A stretch of DNA of 64,000 nt from NCBI GenBank assembly GCA_963823495.1, contig CAWGLV010000001.1:3372561-3436560 (forward strand), written 5' to 3'. Shown here in pieces: positions 29,600 through 39,897 of this stretch (position 1 is the first letter of the stretch; each line of letters starts with the position of its first letter). The position numbers and the translations under genes were made by a program. The notes beneath the pieces are model-generated. The model had not been told where the DNA came from and made no database searches. It was given only the letters and a program-made list of their open reading frames with translations. Origin of the DNA: an uncultured Microthrixaceae bacterium (GTDB taxonomy: Bacteria; Actinomycetota; Acidimicrobiia; Acidimicrobiales; DATDAH01).

Positions 29600-31300
29600 T
29601 CAGGTGTCCTGGAGGCGGGCCAGGCTGTCCTCCCGGCCGCCCGGGCGGCTGCGGGCGTTCCAGCAGGCGGCCTGCTCCTCGCGCAAGGCGGCGAGCTCAC
29701 CGGCCAGGCCGGCCTCGTCGGGCGCCGACAGGCCGTGGGTGTGGGCCAGGCGCCGGGCACCGTGGCGGGCCAGGGCGACGGCCTGATGGAGCTCCCGCTC
29801 GACGATGGCGGCATCCGCGTCGAGGAAACGGGCCGCCGCCAGGGCTGTGTCGGCATCGGCCAGAGTGGCCTCGACCCCGGCGAGGGCCGCGGCCGTCGGC
29901 TCCCCGAAGCCTCCCATGCCTCCGCCGGCCACGGCGTCGTGGAGCGCGGAGCCGTTGGGCTGGATGACCCCGGTGCGGGCGTAGACCTCACCGGCCTCGA
30001 GCAGCGCCGCCCCGGCCCGCGATGCGGCATCGGGGAGGACCCAGGCGTCGAGCGCGGCCGCGGTGTCCTGGTCCTCGTTCGTCGCCCGGGCCCAGCCAAC
30101 GGAGGCGGCGAAGGTCAGGGCCGGCAGCATCACCGTCGGCGGCTGGAGGTGACCGTTGTCCCCCCATTCGGTCACCAACATCCCGGATCCCCCGTGGTCG
30201 GCCGCGGCCGCCACCGCGTCGAGGGCGTTGGCCCGGGCGTTGGACCAGCGCCCGACCAGCGAGTTCCACCCGCTGGTGCCGGGGCAGACCCACCAGTCGA
30301 TGCCGGACCCGCCGAAGTGCTCGGCCCGGGGGCCGAAGCCCAGATGGGCTCCGCTGTCGAGCCAGTCCTGGATGACGGCGTCGAACGGCGGCGGGAGGTC
30401 GAGGTGCCGCATCAGGCCCTCGGTGCTCTCGGGCATGGGCGCTTCGTAGTGCCAGAGCAGAGCGGTGGCGTCACCGACGACGTCGCGGGCAGCGGCGGGG
30501 TCGCCGTGGATCATGTCGGCCCAGAACCGGGGGTGGAGGCCGAGGGCCCGGCTCCCGTCGAGGAGCCGGCCGAGGTGCTCGATGAAGGCCGCCTTCTGCC
30601 CGTGGAGCTCGAACACCTCGTCGCAACCGATGTTCACCTGCCGGCTCGTGTGGTGGCCGGTGAGCTCGGCCACCAGGTCGAGGGCGAAGCGGGCGTTGGC
30701 CTCGGTCGGTGCCAACGAGCGGGGTCCGGCCACCGACGGGGCGGCGGCCCGGCCCCGGTATCCGGGGAGGCGGAGCCAGCGCTCGAAGTGGCCGAAGGTG
30801 TTCTGGTTGGCCACCAACTCGATGCCCCGGGCCGCCGCCTCGGCGTCGAGCCAGGCCACGTCCTCCCCGGTCATCGGCGACGCCTCACGCCACACGACCT
30901 CGTGGTCGGCGTAGGCGAAGGTGTGCTCGGTGTAGAGCTCGAGGTGGTTGATCCGCAGCCGGTCCAGCCGGTCGAGCAGGACCGCCAGGCACGCTCGATC
31001 CGGCACCCGGTCCCGACTGATGTCGAGCATGAACCCCCGGTGGTCGAGGTCCGGCCAGTCGCGGATCCGCCCCGCCACCTGACCCTGGGCGCGGAGCTGG
31101 GCGAGGGTGGAGCGGCCGTAGCGGAGGCCCGCGCCGTCGGCATGGGCCAGCGTGACGCCCCCGTCGGTGAGGGTCAGCTCGTAGCCCTGGGCGGGAAGGC
31201 GCGGATCCGGTCGTTCGGCGACGGCCAGGTCGCCAGGCAGGTACCGATCGGTGAGGTCGACCTGCTGGGGCGCGGGAACGATCAGCGGGGCCATGGCCAT
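29600..31300 (-). CDS. Glycoside hydrolase family 20 (beta-N-acetylhexosaminidase-like)
   Basis: [29 protein letters not shown] catalytic pair, WGDNGH. Confidence 0.85.
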   Translation of the reverse strand: MAMAPLIVPAPQQVDLTDRYLPGDLAVAERPDPRLPAQGYELTLTDGGVTLAHADGAGLRYGRSTLAQLRAQGQVAGRIRDWPDLDHRGFMLDISRDRVPDRACLAVLLDRLDRLRINHLELYTEHTFAYADHEVVWREASPMTGEDVAWLDAEAAARGIELVANQNTFGHFERWLRLPGYRGRAAAPSVAGPRSLAPTEANARFALDLVAELTGHHTSRQVNIGCDEVFELHGQKAAFIEHLGRLLDGSRALGLHPRFWADMIHGDPAAARDVVGDATALLWHYEAPMPESTEGLMRHLDLPPPFDAVIQDWLDSGAHLGFGPRAEHFGGSGIDWWVCPGTSGWNSLVGRWSNARANALDAVAAAADHGGSGMLVTEWGDNGHLQPPTVMLPALTFAASVGWARATNEDQDTAAALDAWVLPDAASRAGAALLEAGEVYARTGVIQPNGSALHDAVAGGGMGGFGEPTAAALAGVEATLADADTALAAARFLDADAAIVERELHQAVALARHGARRLAHTHGLSAPDEAGLAGELAALREEQAACWNARSRPGGREDSLARLQDT

Positions 31301-31344
31301 GGGCTACCACGCCCCACCGCGGACCGGGCTCGGCCGATCTCTTC

Positions 31345-31393
31345 GAAATTGCGTCGATCGGTCACGCCAGGCGTGACCGATCGACGCCAGAAC
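31345..31393. repeat. 49-bp palindromic element
   Basis: GAAATTGCGTCGATCGGTCACGCC-A-GGCGTGACCGATCGACGCCAGAAC. Confidence 0.9.
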
Positions 31394-31438
31394 GGGCGGG
31401 CACCCCGGCCTGGAGGGATCAGCCCTACGCTCGCCGCC

Positions 31439-32281
31439 GTGCGCATGCGGTCGCTGCTGTTCGCCCCCGGGAACCGGGCCGAGGTCCTGGCCAAGCTGCC
31501 CCGATCCGGGCCGGACGGGGTCGTGCTGGACCTCGAGGACGCCGTTCCGGCGCGGGCGAAGGTCGAGGCCCGGGACATCGTGGCCCGCGCTGCGTCCGAG
31601 TTGCGGGACCGACACCCGCGCCTCGCCGTGCACGTCCGGGTCAACGCGGTGCCCAGCGAGTGGTTCGCCGATGACGTGGCCGACGCCCTGGTACCGGGGA
31701 TCGACGGGATCGTGGTGCCCAAGCTGGAGTCCGCCGATCAGGTCGGCGCCGTCACCGCCGCCCTCGACACGCACGGCCTCGAGGACCTCACCATCGTGGC
31801 CGGACTGGAGACGGCGGCCGGGGTGGCCCGGGCCGAGGAGGTGCTGGCCGACCCGCGGGTCCTGGTCGGCTACTTCGGCGCCGAGGACTACGTGGCCGAC
31901 CTCGGCGGCGTGCGCACGCCCGAGGGCACCGAAGTGCTCTACGCGCGTTCCCGGGTGGCCCTCGTCGCCCGTCTGACCGGCACCCTCGCCCTCGATCAGG
32001 TCGTGACCGACCTCACCGACGAGGACCGGTTCCGGGCCGATGCCGCCGTGGGCCGCGCCCTCGGCTACCGGGGCAAGCTCTGCATCCACCCCGCCCAGGT
32101 GACCTGGTCCCACGAGGCCTTCACCCCGTCCGATGAGGAGCTGGACCGCGCCCGACGACTGCTGGCCGCCTACGACGAGGCCGCGGCCGCCGGTTCGGCT
32201 GCGATCGCCTTCGAGGGCCAGATGGTCGACGAACCCCTCGCCCGCCAGGCCCGCACCCTGCTCGACAGCGCCGCCGACTGA
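31439..32281 (+). CDS. HpcH/HpaI aldolase / CitE-like CoA-ester lyase
   Basis: [43 protein letters not shown]. Confidence 0.92.
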   Translation: MRMRSLLFAPGNRAEVLAKLPRSGPDGVVLDLEDAVPARAKVEARDIVARAASELRDRHPRLAVHVRVNAVPSEWFADDVADALVPGIDGIVVPKLESADQVGAVTAALDTHGLEDLTIVAGLETAAGVARAEEVLADPRVLVGYFGAEDYVADLGGVRTPEGTEVLYARSRVALVARLTGTLALDQVVTDLTDEDRFRADAAVGRALGYRGKLCIHPAQVTWSHEAFTPSDEELDRARRLLAAYDEAAAAGSAAIAFEGQMVDEPLARQARTLLDSAAD

Positions 32282-32283
32282 TG

Positions 32284-32333
32284 CTTCTGGCGCCTGATCG
32301 AGGTGCCAGGGCGCCGCAATCGGGCGCCAGAAC
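32284..32333. repeat. 50-bp hairpin element
   Basis: CTTCTGGCGCCTGATCG...CAATCGGGCGCCAGAAC, same subtype as the 12626 pair. Confidence 0.85.
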
Positions 32334-32338
32334 GGTCC

Positions 32339-32809
32339 TCAGGTGGGGCGGCGGTGCATCAAGGCGGTGCGGGTGGCACGACAGACCAGGGTGTCCTCCT
32401 GGTTGAACGCCCGGTGCTCGAAGGTGACGATGCCGGCATCGGGGCGGCTGCCCGAGTCCCGCACGGCCATCACCTCGGTCTCGGCGTGGAGGGTGTCGCC
32501 GGGGAAGACCGGAGCCGGGAAGTCCACCCGCGCGAAACCGAGGTTGGCCACCGTCGTGCCGTGGGTCGTCTCGTGCACCGAGATCCCCACCAGCAACGCC
32601 AGCGTGAACATGGAGTTGACCAGGGGCCGCCCGAACTCGGTCTCCGCCGCGTAGTGGGCGTCGAGGTGCAGCGGCGCCGGGTTCAGCGTCGTGAGGCTGA
32701 AGTTGATGTTGTCGGATTCGGTGATCGTCCGGGTCAGGGCGTGGGCCACGACCAGGCCGACCTCGAGGTCCTCGAACCAACATCCCCGAATCGGTCGTTC
32801 CCACGCCAT
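32339..32809 (-). CDS. MaoC family dehydratase
   Basis: [30 protein letters not shown]. Confidence 0.9.
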   Translation of the reverse strand: MAWERPIRGCWFEDLEVGLVVAHALTRTITESDNINFSLTTLNPAPLHLDAHYAAETEFGRPLVNSMFTLALLVGISVHETTHGTTVANLGFARVDFPAPVFPGDTLHAETEVMAVRDSGSRPDAGIVTFEHRAFNQEDTLVCRATRTALMHRRPT

Positions 32810-32834
32810 GGCCTCACCCTATTGTCGCCGGGAC

Positions 32835-33683
32835 ATGGGCGATCTCGAGGTCGAGACCAGGGTCCTCGGAGGCGACGGGCACTACCGCGCCGAGCTCAGC
32901 CCGGCGTGGGAGATCTGGGGGCCCTGCGGGGGCTATGTCGCCGCCGTGCTCCTGCGGGCGGCGGGGGCGCACTCGGACTTCCCGCGCCCGGTGTCCCTGG
33001 CCGTCCAGTTCCTCGGCGTCGCCCGCTTCGCCCCCGTCGACCTCGAGATCGAGACCCTGCAGTCGGGTCGCCGCAGCCAGTGCCTGCGCGTGGCGATGAC
33101 CCAGGAGGGGCGACCGATCAGCCACGCCGTCGTGTGGACGACGGTCGAGGCCGACGGCCCCGCGGGCATCGAGTACGACTGGACGACCCCGCCCGACCGG
33201 CCCGGGCCCGAGGGGTTGCCCACGACCGAAGACCTCTTCGCCGAGCAACGCACGACGTTCGCCTTCTGGGACAACCTCGAGTGCCGGCCCTTCGACTGGC
33301 TGTCCGAGCAGGACTGGATGGTCCGTCGTCCGCTGCCCCCGACGCTCACCAACTGGTATCGGTTCCGGCCCACGCCGGTCTTCGACGACCCGTTCGTCGA
33401 GGCGGCCCGAGTCGCCCTGATCTGTGACCTCATGGGCTGGCCATCGGTCGTCCGGGCCCTGGTGCCCGGGGTCGAGGAGACCTGGATGGCGCCCAACCTG
33501 GACGTGACCGTCACCTTCCACCAACCGCCGTCGGGCAGCCCGTTCCTGCTCCTCGACGCCGAGTCCCCCATCGCCACCGGTGGCACGATCGGGGCCTCGG
33601 GACGGGTGTGGTCCGAGGACGGCCGTCTACTGGCGACCTCGAGCCAACAGATGCTCGCCCGCCCCGTCCCCCGCGCCACCTGA
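32835..33683 (+). CDS. Acyl-CoA thioesterase (double hot-dog) family protein
   Basis: WEIWGPCGGYVAA, APNLDVTVTFH, VWSEDGRLLA. Confidence 0.85.
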   Translation: MGDLEVETRVLGGDGHYRAELSPAWEIWGPCGGYVAAVLLRAAGAHSDFPRPVSLAVQFLGVARFAPVDLEIETLQSGRRSQCLRVAMTQEGRPISHAVVWTTVEADGPAGIEYDWTTPPDRPGPEGLPTTEDLFAEQRTTFAFWDNLECRPFDWLSEQDWMVRRPLPPTLTNWYRFRPTPVFDDPFVEAARVALICDLMGWPSVVRALVPGVEETWMAPNLDVTVTFHQPPSGSPFLLLDAESPIATGGTIGASGRVWSEDGRLLATSSQQMLARPVPRAT

Positions 33684-33718
33684 CCCGCCACCACGACGGA
33701 GTCGACCACCCGAGACCG

Positions 33719-34006
33719 TCAGGTCAGCACCGCGATGGCGGTACCGGTGGCCACGACGGCCAGCAGGACCAGGCCGACCACCACGAAGCGCCGGTCCCCC
33801 GCCCGCCACCACGCGACGATGAGCCACAGGACGCGGAGCAGCGGCGACGCCACCACCACCACCACGGCTGCCGTGGCGACGTCCAGACCCACGCGACCAG
33901 GAACGGCCAGGCCGAGGCCGGCCAGCGCGGCCGCGATCACCACGACCCACCAGAGCGCGGCGACGAGGTGGTCCATCGGCTCGCGGGCCAGGTCGCCGGT
34001 GGTCAC
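33719..34006 (-). CDS. Small membrane protein (DUF1634-like)
   Basis: Three hydrophobic segments, PLLRV and D.RF motifs; GTGA-coupled to the TauE gene. Confidence 0.6.
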   Translation of the reverse strand: MTTGDLAREPMDHLVAALWWVVVIAAALAGLGLAVPGRVGLDVATAAVVVVVASPLLRVLWLIVAWWRAGDRRFVVVGLVLLAVVATGTAIAVLT

Positions 34007-34821
34007 GCGGTCACCACCAGCAGAAGGGCCACCCCGACGAGGAGGACGGCGACCACCCGGCGCACGGCCGGTCCTCGCAGCCGCTTCTGCAATCGCGCCC
34101 CGGCCAGCCCGCCCCCGACGCTGCCGATGATCACCGCGGCCCCGGCGTGGGCGTCGATGCGCCCCTGGGCGGCGAACACCAGCAGGCCCACCGATGCCGT
34201 GATCCCGACGGTGAACGTGCTCGTCGCCGCCGCCACCTTGATCGGGACGTGCATGACCTCGCTCATCACGGGGGTCTTGATGAACCCGCCACCGACGCCC
34301 GCGATCCCCGAGACCAGGCCGGCGACGCCCATGGCCCCGAGGCCGAGGGGCAGACGGCGGGGCTGGTAGGGAGCGACGCCCCCGGCCCGGGCGACGGCGC
34401 CGCCCAGCCCACCGACCCGTTCGCCGACGTGCTCGGGCCCGAGCGCCGGATCGGGCAGGTTGCGGACGCCCTTGCGGCCACCCCCGGCGCCGGCCGCGAC
34501 CACGGCCACCACCGCGAGGGCGTAGACGAGGGCCCGCTCGCTGACCACCCCGGAGAGGAGCGCCCCGGTCACGGCGCCGGCGCTGGCCGCCACTTCGATC
34601 GTCACCCCGAGACGATGGTTGACCGCCCGGTCCTCCAGGTGCCGGGAGCCACCGGCGAGCGACCCGGCGGCGACCAGGAGGAGCCCGAGCGGGGCCGCCT
34701 CGCCCGCCGGGGTCCCCGTGGCCACCAGGAGGGGCACCAGCACCACCGCGCCACCCAATCCGCCGACCGAACCGACGCCTGCGGCGAGGCCGGCGACGAT
34801 GATCAGCAGCGGAGTGGCCAC
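34003..34821 (-). CDS. Sulfite exporter TauE/SafE (TSUP) family protein
   Basis: GLGGAVVLVP and GVGGGFIKTP repeats, VPIKVAAATS. Confidence 0.88.
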   Translation of the reverse strand: MATPLLIIVAGLAAGVGSVGGLGGAVVLVPLLVATGTPAGEAAPLGLLLVAAGSLAGGSRHLEDRAVNHRLGVTIEVAASAGAVTGALLSGVVSERALVYALAVVAVVAAGAGGGRKGVRNLPDPALGPEHVGERVGGLGGAVARAGGVAPYQPRRLPLGLGAMGVAGLVSGIAGVGGGFIKTPVMSEVMHVPIKVAAATSTFTVGITASVGLLVFAAQGRIDAHAGAAVIIGSVGGGLAGARLQKRLRGPAVRRVVAVLLVGVALLLVVTA

Positions 34822-34851
34822 GCCCGGAGTGTCCCACGTCCCACCCAGTCC

Positions 34852-34900
34852 GAAATTGCGTCAGTTGGTCACGCTGGGCGTGACCAACTGACGCCGGAAC
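34852..34900. repeat. 49-bp palindromic element
   Basis: GAAATTGCGTCAGTTGGTCACGCT-G-GGCGTGACCAACTGACGCCGGAAC. Confidence 0.9.
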
Positions 34901-34937
34901 GGGGAGGTGGACCTCGCTCGGGCGCGAGACTCCGGTC

Positions 34938-35609
34938 ATGGCCGAACTCGTCCTCACCGAACGGCCCGCTGACGGCGTGGTCCTCCTCACCCTGAACCGA
35001 CCGGAGCGGCGCAACGCCCTGTCGACCGCACTGCGCCAGGAAGCCAACGCCCGCCTCGCCGAACTGGCCGAGGACGAGGGCCTCCGGGCGCTCGTCGTGA
35101 CCGGTGCCGGTTCGGTGTTCTGCGCCGGGTTCGATCTCGGGGAGTTCGAGTCCGCGATGACCGACCCCGCCCTCATGGAGGCGTTGTGGGCGAGTAGCGA
35201 CGAGTGGCACCGCCGCTGGCACTCGTTCCCCGTGCCCACCATCGCGGCCGTGAACGGCCCGGCCGTCGCGGGCGGGTTCGACCTCGCGGTGCTCTGTGAC
35301 CTCCGGGTGGCCGGACCGTCGGCGACCTTCGCCCACCCGGAGATCCGCTTCGGCGACGTCGTCTACGGCCCATTGCGGGACCTGGTCGGTGGCGCGGTGG
35401 CCCGCGATCTCTGCCTCACGACCCGGACGATCGACGCGTCGGAGGCGTACCGGGTCGGTCTGGTACGAGAGGTCGCCGATGACCCGTTGACGGCCGCCCT
35501 CGCCCTGGCCGACGACGTGGCGGCGAGCCCTCGGGACATTCTCGTGCGCACCAAGGCCAAGATCGTCCGCATGGCGGGACTGAGCGACGGAGGGACCCTG
35601 GACCTGTAG
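34938..35609 (+). CDS. Enoyl-CoA hydratase/isomerase family protein
   Basis: LNRPERRNAL, FCAGFDL, AVAGGFDLA, HPE. Confidence 0.9.
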   Translation: MAELVLTERPADGVVLLTLNRPERRNALSTALRQEANARLAELAEDEGLRALVVTGAGSVFCAGFDLGEFESAMTDPALMEALWASSDEWHRRWHSFPVPTIAAVNGPAVAGGFDLAVLCDLRVAGPSATFAHPEIRFGDVVYGPLRDLVGGAVARDLCLTTRTIDASEAYRVGLVREVADDPLTAALALADDVAASPRDILVRTKAKIVRMAGLSDGGTLDL

Positions 35610-35651
35610 CCCGTTCCCGGGCCGAGGGCACCACCTGGGTACCCTCGACCC

Positions 35652-36326
35652 ATGCGCCGGATCAGAGCCCTCGCCACGGCGCTGGTCTCGGTCCTGGTGC
35701 TGACGGCCTTCCACCACCCGGACCCCACGACCGGCACCCCGCCGGGCCCCAACCAGGCCGTGCTGGTGTTCCGGGCCCCGGCCCGTCCCGTGACCCGGGC
35801 CGACCTCGGGTCCTCCTGGCGCCCGGGCTGCCCCGTGCACTTCTCGAGGCTGCGTGACCTCGCCGTTCCCTACTGGAGCTATGCCGGCACCCGCCGGATG
35901 GGCCACCTGATCGTGCACCGGAACGTGGTGCCCGAGGTCCGGGCGGCGTTCCGCCGGCTGTACGATCGGCGGTTTCGCATCCGCCAGGTCATCCCGGTCG
36001 ACCACTTCGGTTCCAGTGACCGCCGTTCGATGCGGGCCAACAACACCAGCGCATTCAACTGCCGGTATGTCGCCGGCACCACCCGGTGGTCCCAGCACTC
36101 CTACGGCCGCGCCATCGACATCAACCCCGTGCAGAACCCCTACGTGCGCAACGGCATGGCCGACCCGCCGTCGGGGCGACCGTGGGTCGACCGTCGCCAC
36201 GGCGGGCCGGGCATGGTCCTCCCCCACAACATCGCGCGCCAGGCCTTCCGGGCCCAGGGCTGGGGCTGGGGCGGCACCTGGCGATCCGCCAAGGACTACC
36301 AGCACTTCTCCGCCAACGGGCGTTGA
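35652..36326 (+). CDS. M15 family metallopeptidase (D,D-/L,D-peptidase-like), secreted
   Basis: SWRPGCPV, NTSAFNCR, SQHSYGRAIDINP (SxHxxGxAxD), WGG.W...DYQHF. Confidence 0.9.
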   Translation: MRRIRALATALVSVLVLTAFHHPDPTTGTPPGPNQAVLVFRAPARPVTRADLGSSWRPGCPVHFSRLRDLAVPYWSYAGTRRMGHLIVHRNVVPEVRAAFRRLYDRRFRIRQVIPVDHFGSSDRRSMRANNTSAFNCRYVAGTTRWSQHSYGRAIDINPVQNPYVRNGMADPPSGRPWVDRRHGGPGMVLPHNIARQAFRAQGWGWGGTWRSAKDYQHFSANGR

Positions 36327-36543
36327 CCTCAGGGTGGCTTCGCTCTGCGGCTCTCGCGCCTGACCGCCGGTTGTCGGCGGTCCCGTGACGGCGCGTCCTC
36401 GACGCGACCTGCCGGCGGCCCGGGCGGGCCGGGTTGAGGACGACTCGAACGGACAGAACGGGGCGAGGACCCGCACCACTGACGGGCGGAGCACGGGAAC
36501 CGGTTCTGTGCGAGGCTTGGTCCAGGCGACGGTGGGAGGGACC

Positions 36544-37791
36544 ATGCGGGCCTACGTGAAGAAGCTCGTTGCGGCGGCCTCCCTGGTGGTCGCGCTGTTC
36601 GTCATGACGGTGACGGAGGGGGCCACGACAGCCCAGGCCCAGACCGCCGGATCCGGGGCGGCCCAGACCGCCGGATCCGGGGCGGCCGAGGCGGGGAGCT
36701 CGGACTGGCGGCAGGTGAGCGCCGGTGGCGTCCACACCTGCGGGATCCGCAGGTCGGGCCGTCTCTACTGCTGGGGCTACGACGCCGTAGGCCAGTTGGG
36801 CAACGGCGGCGCCAACAGCGACGCGTCGACACCGGTCCAGGTCGCCGGCGGCGGCACCAACTGGGCCTCGGTCAGCGCCGGTAGCGTCCACACCTGTGCC
36901 CGCAAGACCGACGGGCGCCTGTACTGCTGGGGCTACGACGGCAACGGCCGGTTGGGCAACGGCGGCGCCAACAGCGACGCTTCGACACCGGTCCAGGTCG
37001 CCGGCGGCGCCAGCAACTGGGCGACGGTGAGCGCCGGCGACGAGCACACGTGTGCCCGCAAGACCAACGGGCGCCTCTTCTGCTGGGGCAAGGACGTCTA
37101 CGGTCAGTTGGGCAACGGCGGCGCCAACGCCGACCGGACGACACCGGCCCAGGTGGCCGGCGGCGCCACCAACTGGGCCTCGGTCAGCGCCGGCTTCAAC
37201 CACACCTGTGCCCGCAAGACCAACGGGCGCCTCTTCTGCTGGGGCTACGACAACAACGGTCAGTTGGGCAACGGCGGCGCCAACGCCGACCGGACGACAC
37301 CGGCCCAGGTGGCCGGCGGCGCCACCAACTGGGCCTCGGTCAGCGCCGGCGGGGCCCACACGTGCGCCCGCAAGACGAACCGCCGACTGTTTCGCTGGGG
37401 CTGGGACGGCAACGGCCAGCTGGGCGACAACGCCACGCTCGGCGACAGGACGACCCCGGCCCAGGTGGCCGGCGGCGCCACCAACTGGCGGACCGTGGAC
37501 GGCGGCGGCGCCCACACGTGTGGCCGCAAGACCAACGGCCGTCTGTACTGCTGGGGTTCTGACCTCTTCGGTCAGTTGGGCGACAACGCCGCCATCGGCG
37601 ACAGAGCGACCCCGGTGCAGGTGGCCGGGGGCGCCACCGACTGGCGGATCGTGGACGCCGGCGGCGGTCACACGTGTGCCCGGACCAGCACCGGACGGCT
37701 GTTCTGCTGGGGCGGCGACGTCAACGGCCAGGTGGGCGACAACCCCACCTTCGCCAGCCAGCCGACCCCGGTCGAGGTCTACGTTCCCTGA
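36544..37791 (+). CDS. Secreted RCC1-repeat beta-propeller protein
   Basis: Seven ~52-aa repeats VSAG..HTC....G.L.CWG....GQLG; signal peptide. Confidence 0.92.
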   Translation: MRAYVKKLVAAASLVVALFVMTVTEGATTAQAQTAGSGAAQTAGSGAAEAGSSDWRQVSAGGVHTCGIRRSGRLYCWGYDAVGQLGNGGANSDASTPVQVAGGGTNWASVSAGSVHTCARKTDGRLYCWGYDGNGRLGNGGANSDASTPVQVAGGASNWATVSAGDEHTCARKTNGRLFCWGKDVYGQLGNGGANADRTTPAQVAGGATNWASVSAGFNHTCARKTNGRLFCWGYDNNGQLGNGGANADRTTPAQVAGGATNWASVSAGGAHTCARKTNRRLFRWGWDGNGQLGDNATLGDRTTPAQVAGGATNWRTVDGGGAHTCGRKTNGRLYCWGSDLFGQLGDNAAIGDRATPVQVAGGATDWRIVDAGGGHTCARTSTGRLFCWGGDVNGQVGDNPTFASQPTPVEVYVP

Positions 37792-37943
37792 CCGAGGAAC
37801 CACGACCACCACATCAGCGCCGAAGTCCAGGCGGCGGTCACCGAACACAGATGACGCAGTTGCCCGGAGACGCGCGGCCCCGCGGGAGGAGTCAGGACCT
37901 TCGCCTCCAGCGGTGACCCTCGGCGTCGTCCGAGACTGCGGGG

Positions 37944-38747
37944 GTGACCGACACCGATGTCCCGACAGGTCCCGGCGACGGCGACGGCGACGGCGATTCC
38001 GCCGTCGGATCCCCGCCTCGCTGGTGGGCCTGGGCCGCGGCTGCCGCTCTCGTTCTGGTCGTTGCGGTGACCATCTGGGCGATCCAGGACGACGACGAGC
38101 CTGAGGAACCCACACCGTCCTCCACCACGACCACGACGACGACCACCACGACAGAACCGACCACGACCACCACCAGGACCACCACCCCGACCACCACGCC
38201 ATCGCCGGCGCTCACCCTGGAAGCGCTCAGCGACCAGATGGCGACGGTCGCCCCAGCCAGCATCAGCGCCCCGCCCTGGCAGTGCCGAGCATCGACCGCC
38301 GGGCCGCTTGCGGCGGGATCGATCGCGACCTGCATCCCTTCGCCCCCGCCGACCGACGGCGAGATCCCCAATGTGACCGTGCTCGTCCTCGACAACGCCG
38401 GCACCTACGCCGCTGCGCACAGCGGAAACGATCATCTCCTCCTGAACCCGGGCGAACGCGATCGTCCGTTCCCTTCCGAGCCACCCGTCCCGCCGGGGCT
38501 GAACTGCACCAACCTCCTCGCCCCCGACTCGGCCTTCACCCAACTGGCACAAGCGGACCAGCTGACAGCCGAACAGACCTACTTCGCCGTGGTCCTCTAC
38601 TACTTCACGCACGGTCGGTCCCCGCTCATGGACATCGACGACAACGGCATCCCCTGCGAGACCCTCATCGACCCTTCGGTCGTGGACACCGTGTGGGCCG
38701 GAGGATGGATCGCCTGCCGCAACCCAGGAAGTCCCGGAAGCTGCTGA
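37944..38747 (+). CDS. Membrane-anchored Thr-linker protein with Excalibur-like Ca-binding motif (paralog 1)
   Basis: WWAWAAAA TM, poly-Thr linker, MDIDDNGIPCE. Confidence 0.75.
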   Translation: MTDTDVPTGPGDGDGDGDSAVGSPPRWWAWAAAAALVLVVAVTIWAIQDDDEPEEPTPSSTTTTTTTTTTEPTTTTTRTTTPTTTPSPALTLEALSDQMATVAPASISAPPWQCRASTAGPLAAGSIATCIPSPPPTDGEIPNVTVLVLDNAGTYAAAHSGNDHLLLNPGERDRPFPSEPPVPPGLNCTNLLAPDSAFTQLAQADQLTAEQTYFAVVLYYFTHGRSPLMDIDDNGIPCETLIDPSVVDTVWAGGWIACRNPGSPGSC

Positions 38748-38977
38748 CTCCGGCCCCCGGGCTTTCACGGTTCCCCGATGGCGAAGACAGGCCCGACGCG
38801 GACGGACCCTGTGGTTGCGGGTGCACTGGTCGCTGGAACCCGATCGGACGGACGAGGTGCTTCTCGCCCGGCTCACCGCGCGCAGACCAGATCAGTACGA
38901 GGGGCAAGGCGGTCCCTTCGGTGTGACCGGGACCTCTGCCTCTGCGACGACCATCCGCGTCGTCGGATACTGCTGGG

Positions 38978-39772
38978 GTGACCGACACCGAGAAACCCGT
39001 GGGTCCCGGCGAAGACGGCAACGGGGATGGCGCCACCGCGCCTCCTTGGTGGCGTCGCTGGTGGGTGTGGGCCGCCGCTGCCGTTGTGGTCCTGGTCGGC
39101 GTCGGGGTGACGATCTGGGCGGTCCAGGACGACGACAACGGCGAGGACACCACCCCGTCCACCACCACCACGACCGTGCCGACCACCACAACCACCAGCA
39201 CCACCACGACGACCACCATGCCGACCACCACCACCGAGCCGACCACGACCACCGTCGAGGCCGTGGCCGCCTGGATCCAACAGCACTTCAACGACCGCTA
39301 CGCCCAGTCCACACCCCCACCCGGGGTGGCTGGCCCGGAACAGATCGTCTGCTCCGACACGGGGCCGATCGCCGTGGGCGGCGTACTCGCTTGTGAAGCA
39401 ATCTCCACGACCGAGCCGGGATTCCCGCTGGAAGACGCCGGGCTGGTCATCTACGTGCTCGATTCCTCCGGACGGTCCGCCTGGACGGGAGGAACCGACC
39501 AGCCCCACTCGACCGAGGGCCTCATCGAGAGCTACCAGGCCGCCCCCCATGGCCTGTACTGCCGTGACCTCCTCGATCCCGGAAGGCCCGACCTGGGCAC
39601 CGTCTTCCATGCGGGCACCACAACACCTGCATCCGGGTACCTCTCGTCGCTGGTGTACTGGTCCCTGGAGGGCGAACCCGACCGGATGGACGCCGACCTC
39701 AACGGGATCCCCTGCGAGACCCTGTATGCCCCCGAGGTCGTCGCCCAGGTCCTCGCCGGCGGCCCGGTCTGA
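38978..39772 (+). CDS. Membrane-anchored Thr-linker protein with Excalibur-like motif (paralog 2)
   Basis: WWRRWWVWAAAA TM, poly-Thr linker, MDADLNGIPCE. Confidence 0.78.
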   Translation: MTDTEKPVGPGEDGNGDGATAPPWWRRWWVWAAAAVVVLVGVGVTIWAVQDDDNGEDTTPSTTTTTVPTTTTTSTTTTTTMPTTTTEPTTTTVEAVAAWIQQHFNDRYAQSTPPPGVAGPEQIVCSDTGPIAVGGVLACEAISTTEPGFPLEDAGLVIYVLDSSGRSAWTGGTDQPHSTEGLIESYQAAPHGLYCRDLLDPGRPDLGTVFHAGTTTPASGYLSSLVYWSLEGEPDRMDADLNGIPCETLYAPEVVAQVLAGGPV

Positions 39773-39897
39773 CTGACGCCACAGAGATCGGAGCCGTGCC
39801 GGCCCGTGGGTACATCACGACAGGTTCGCCGGACGACATGCGCCTCGCAGTGGCTCCGCGGCGCTGGGTCACCCCTCGCGGCGGACCCCCTGAGCGC

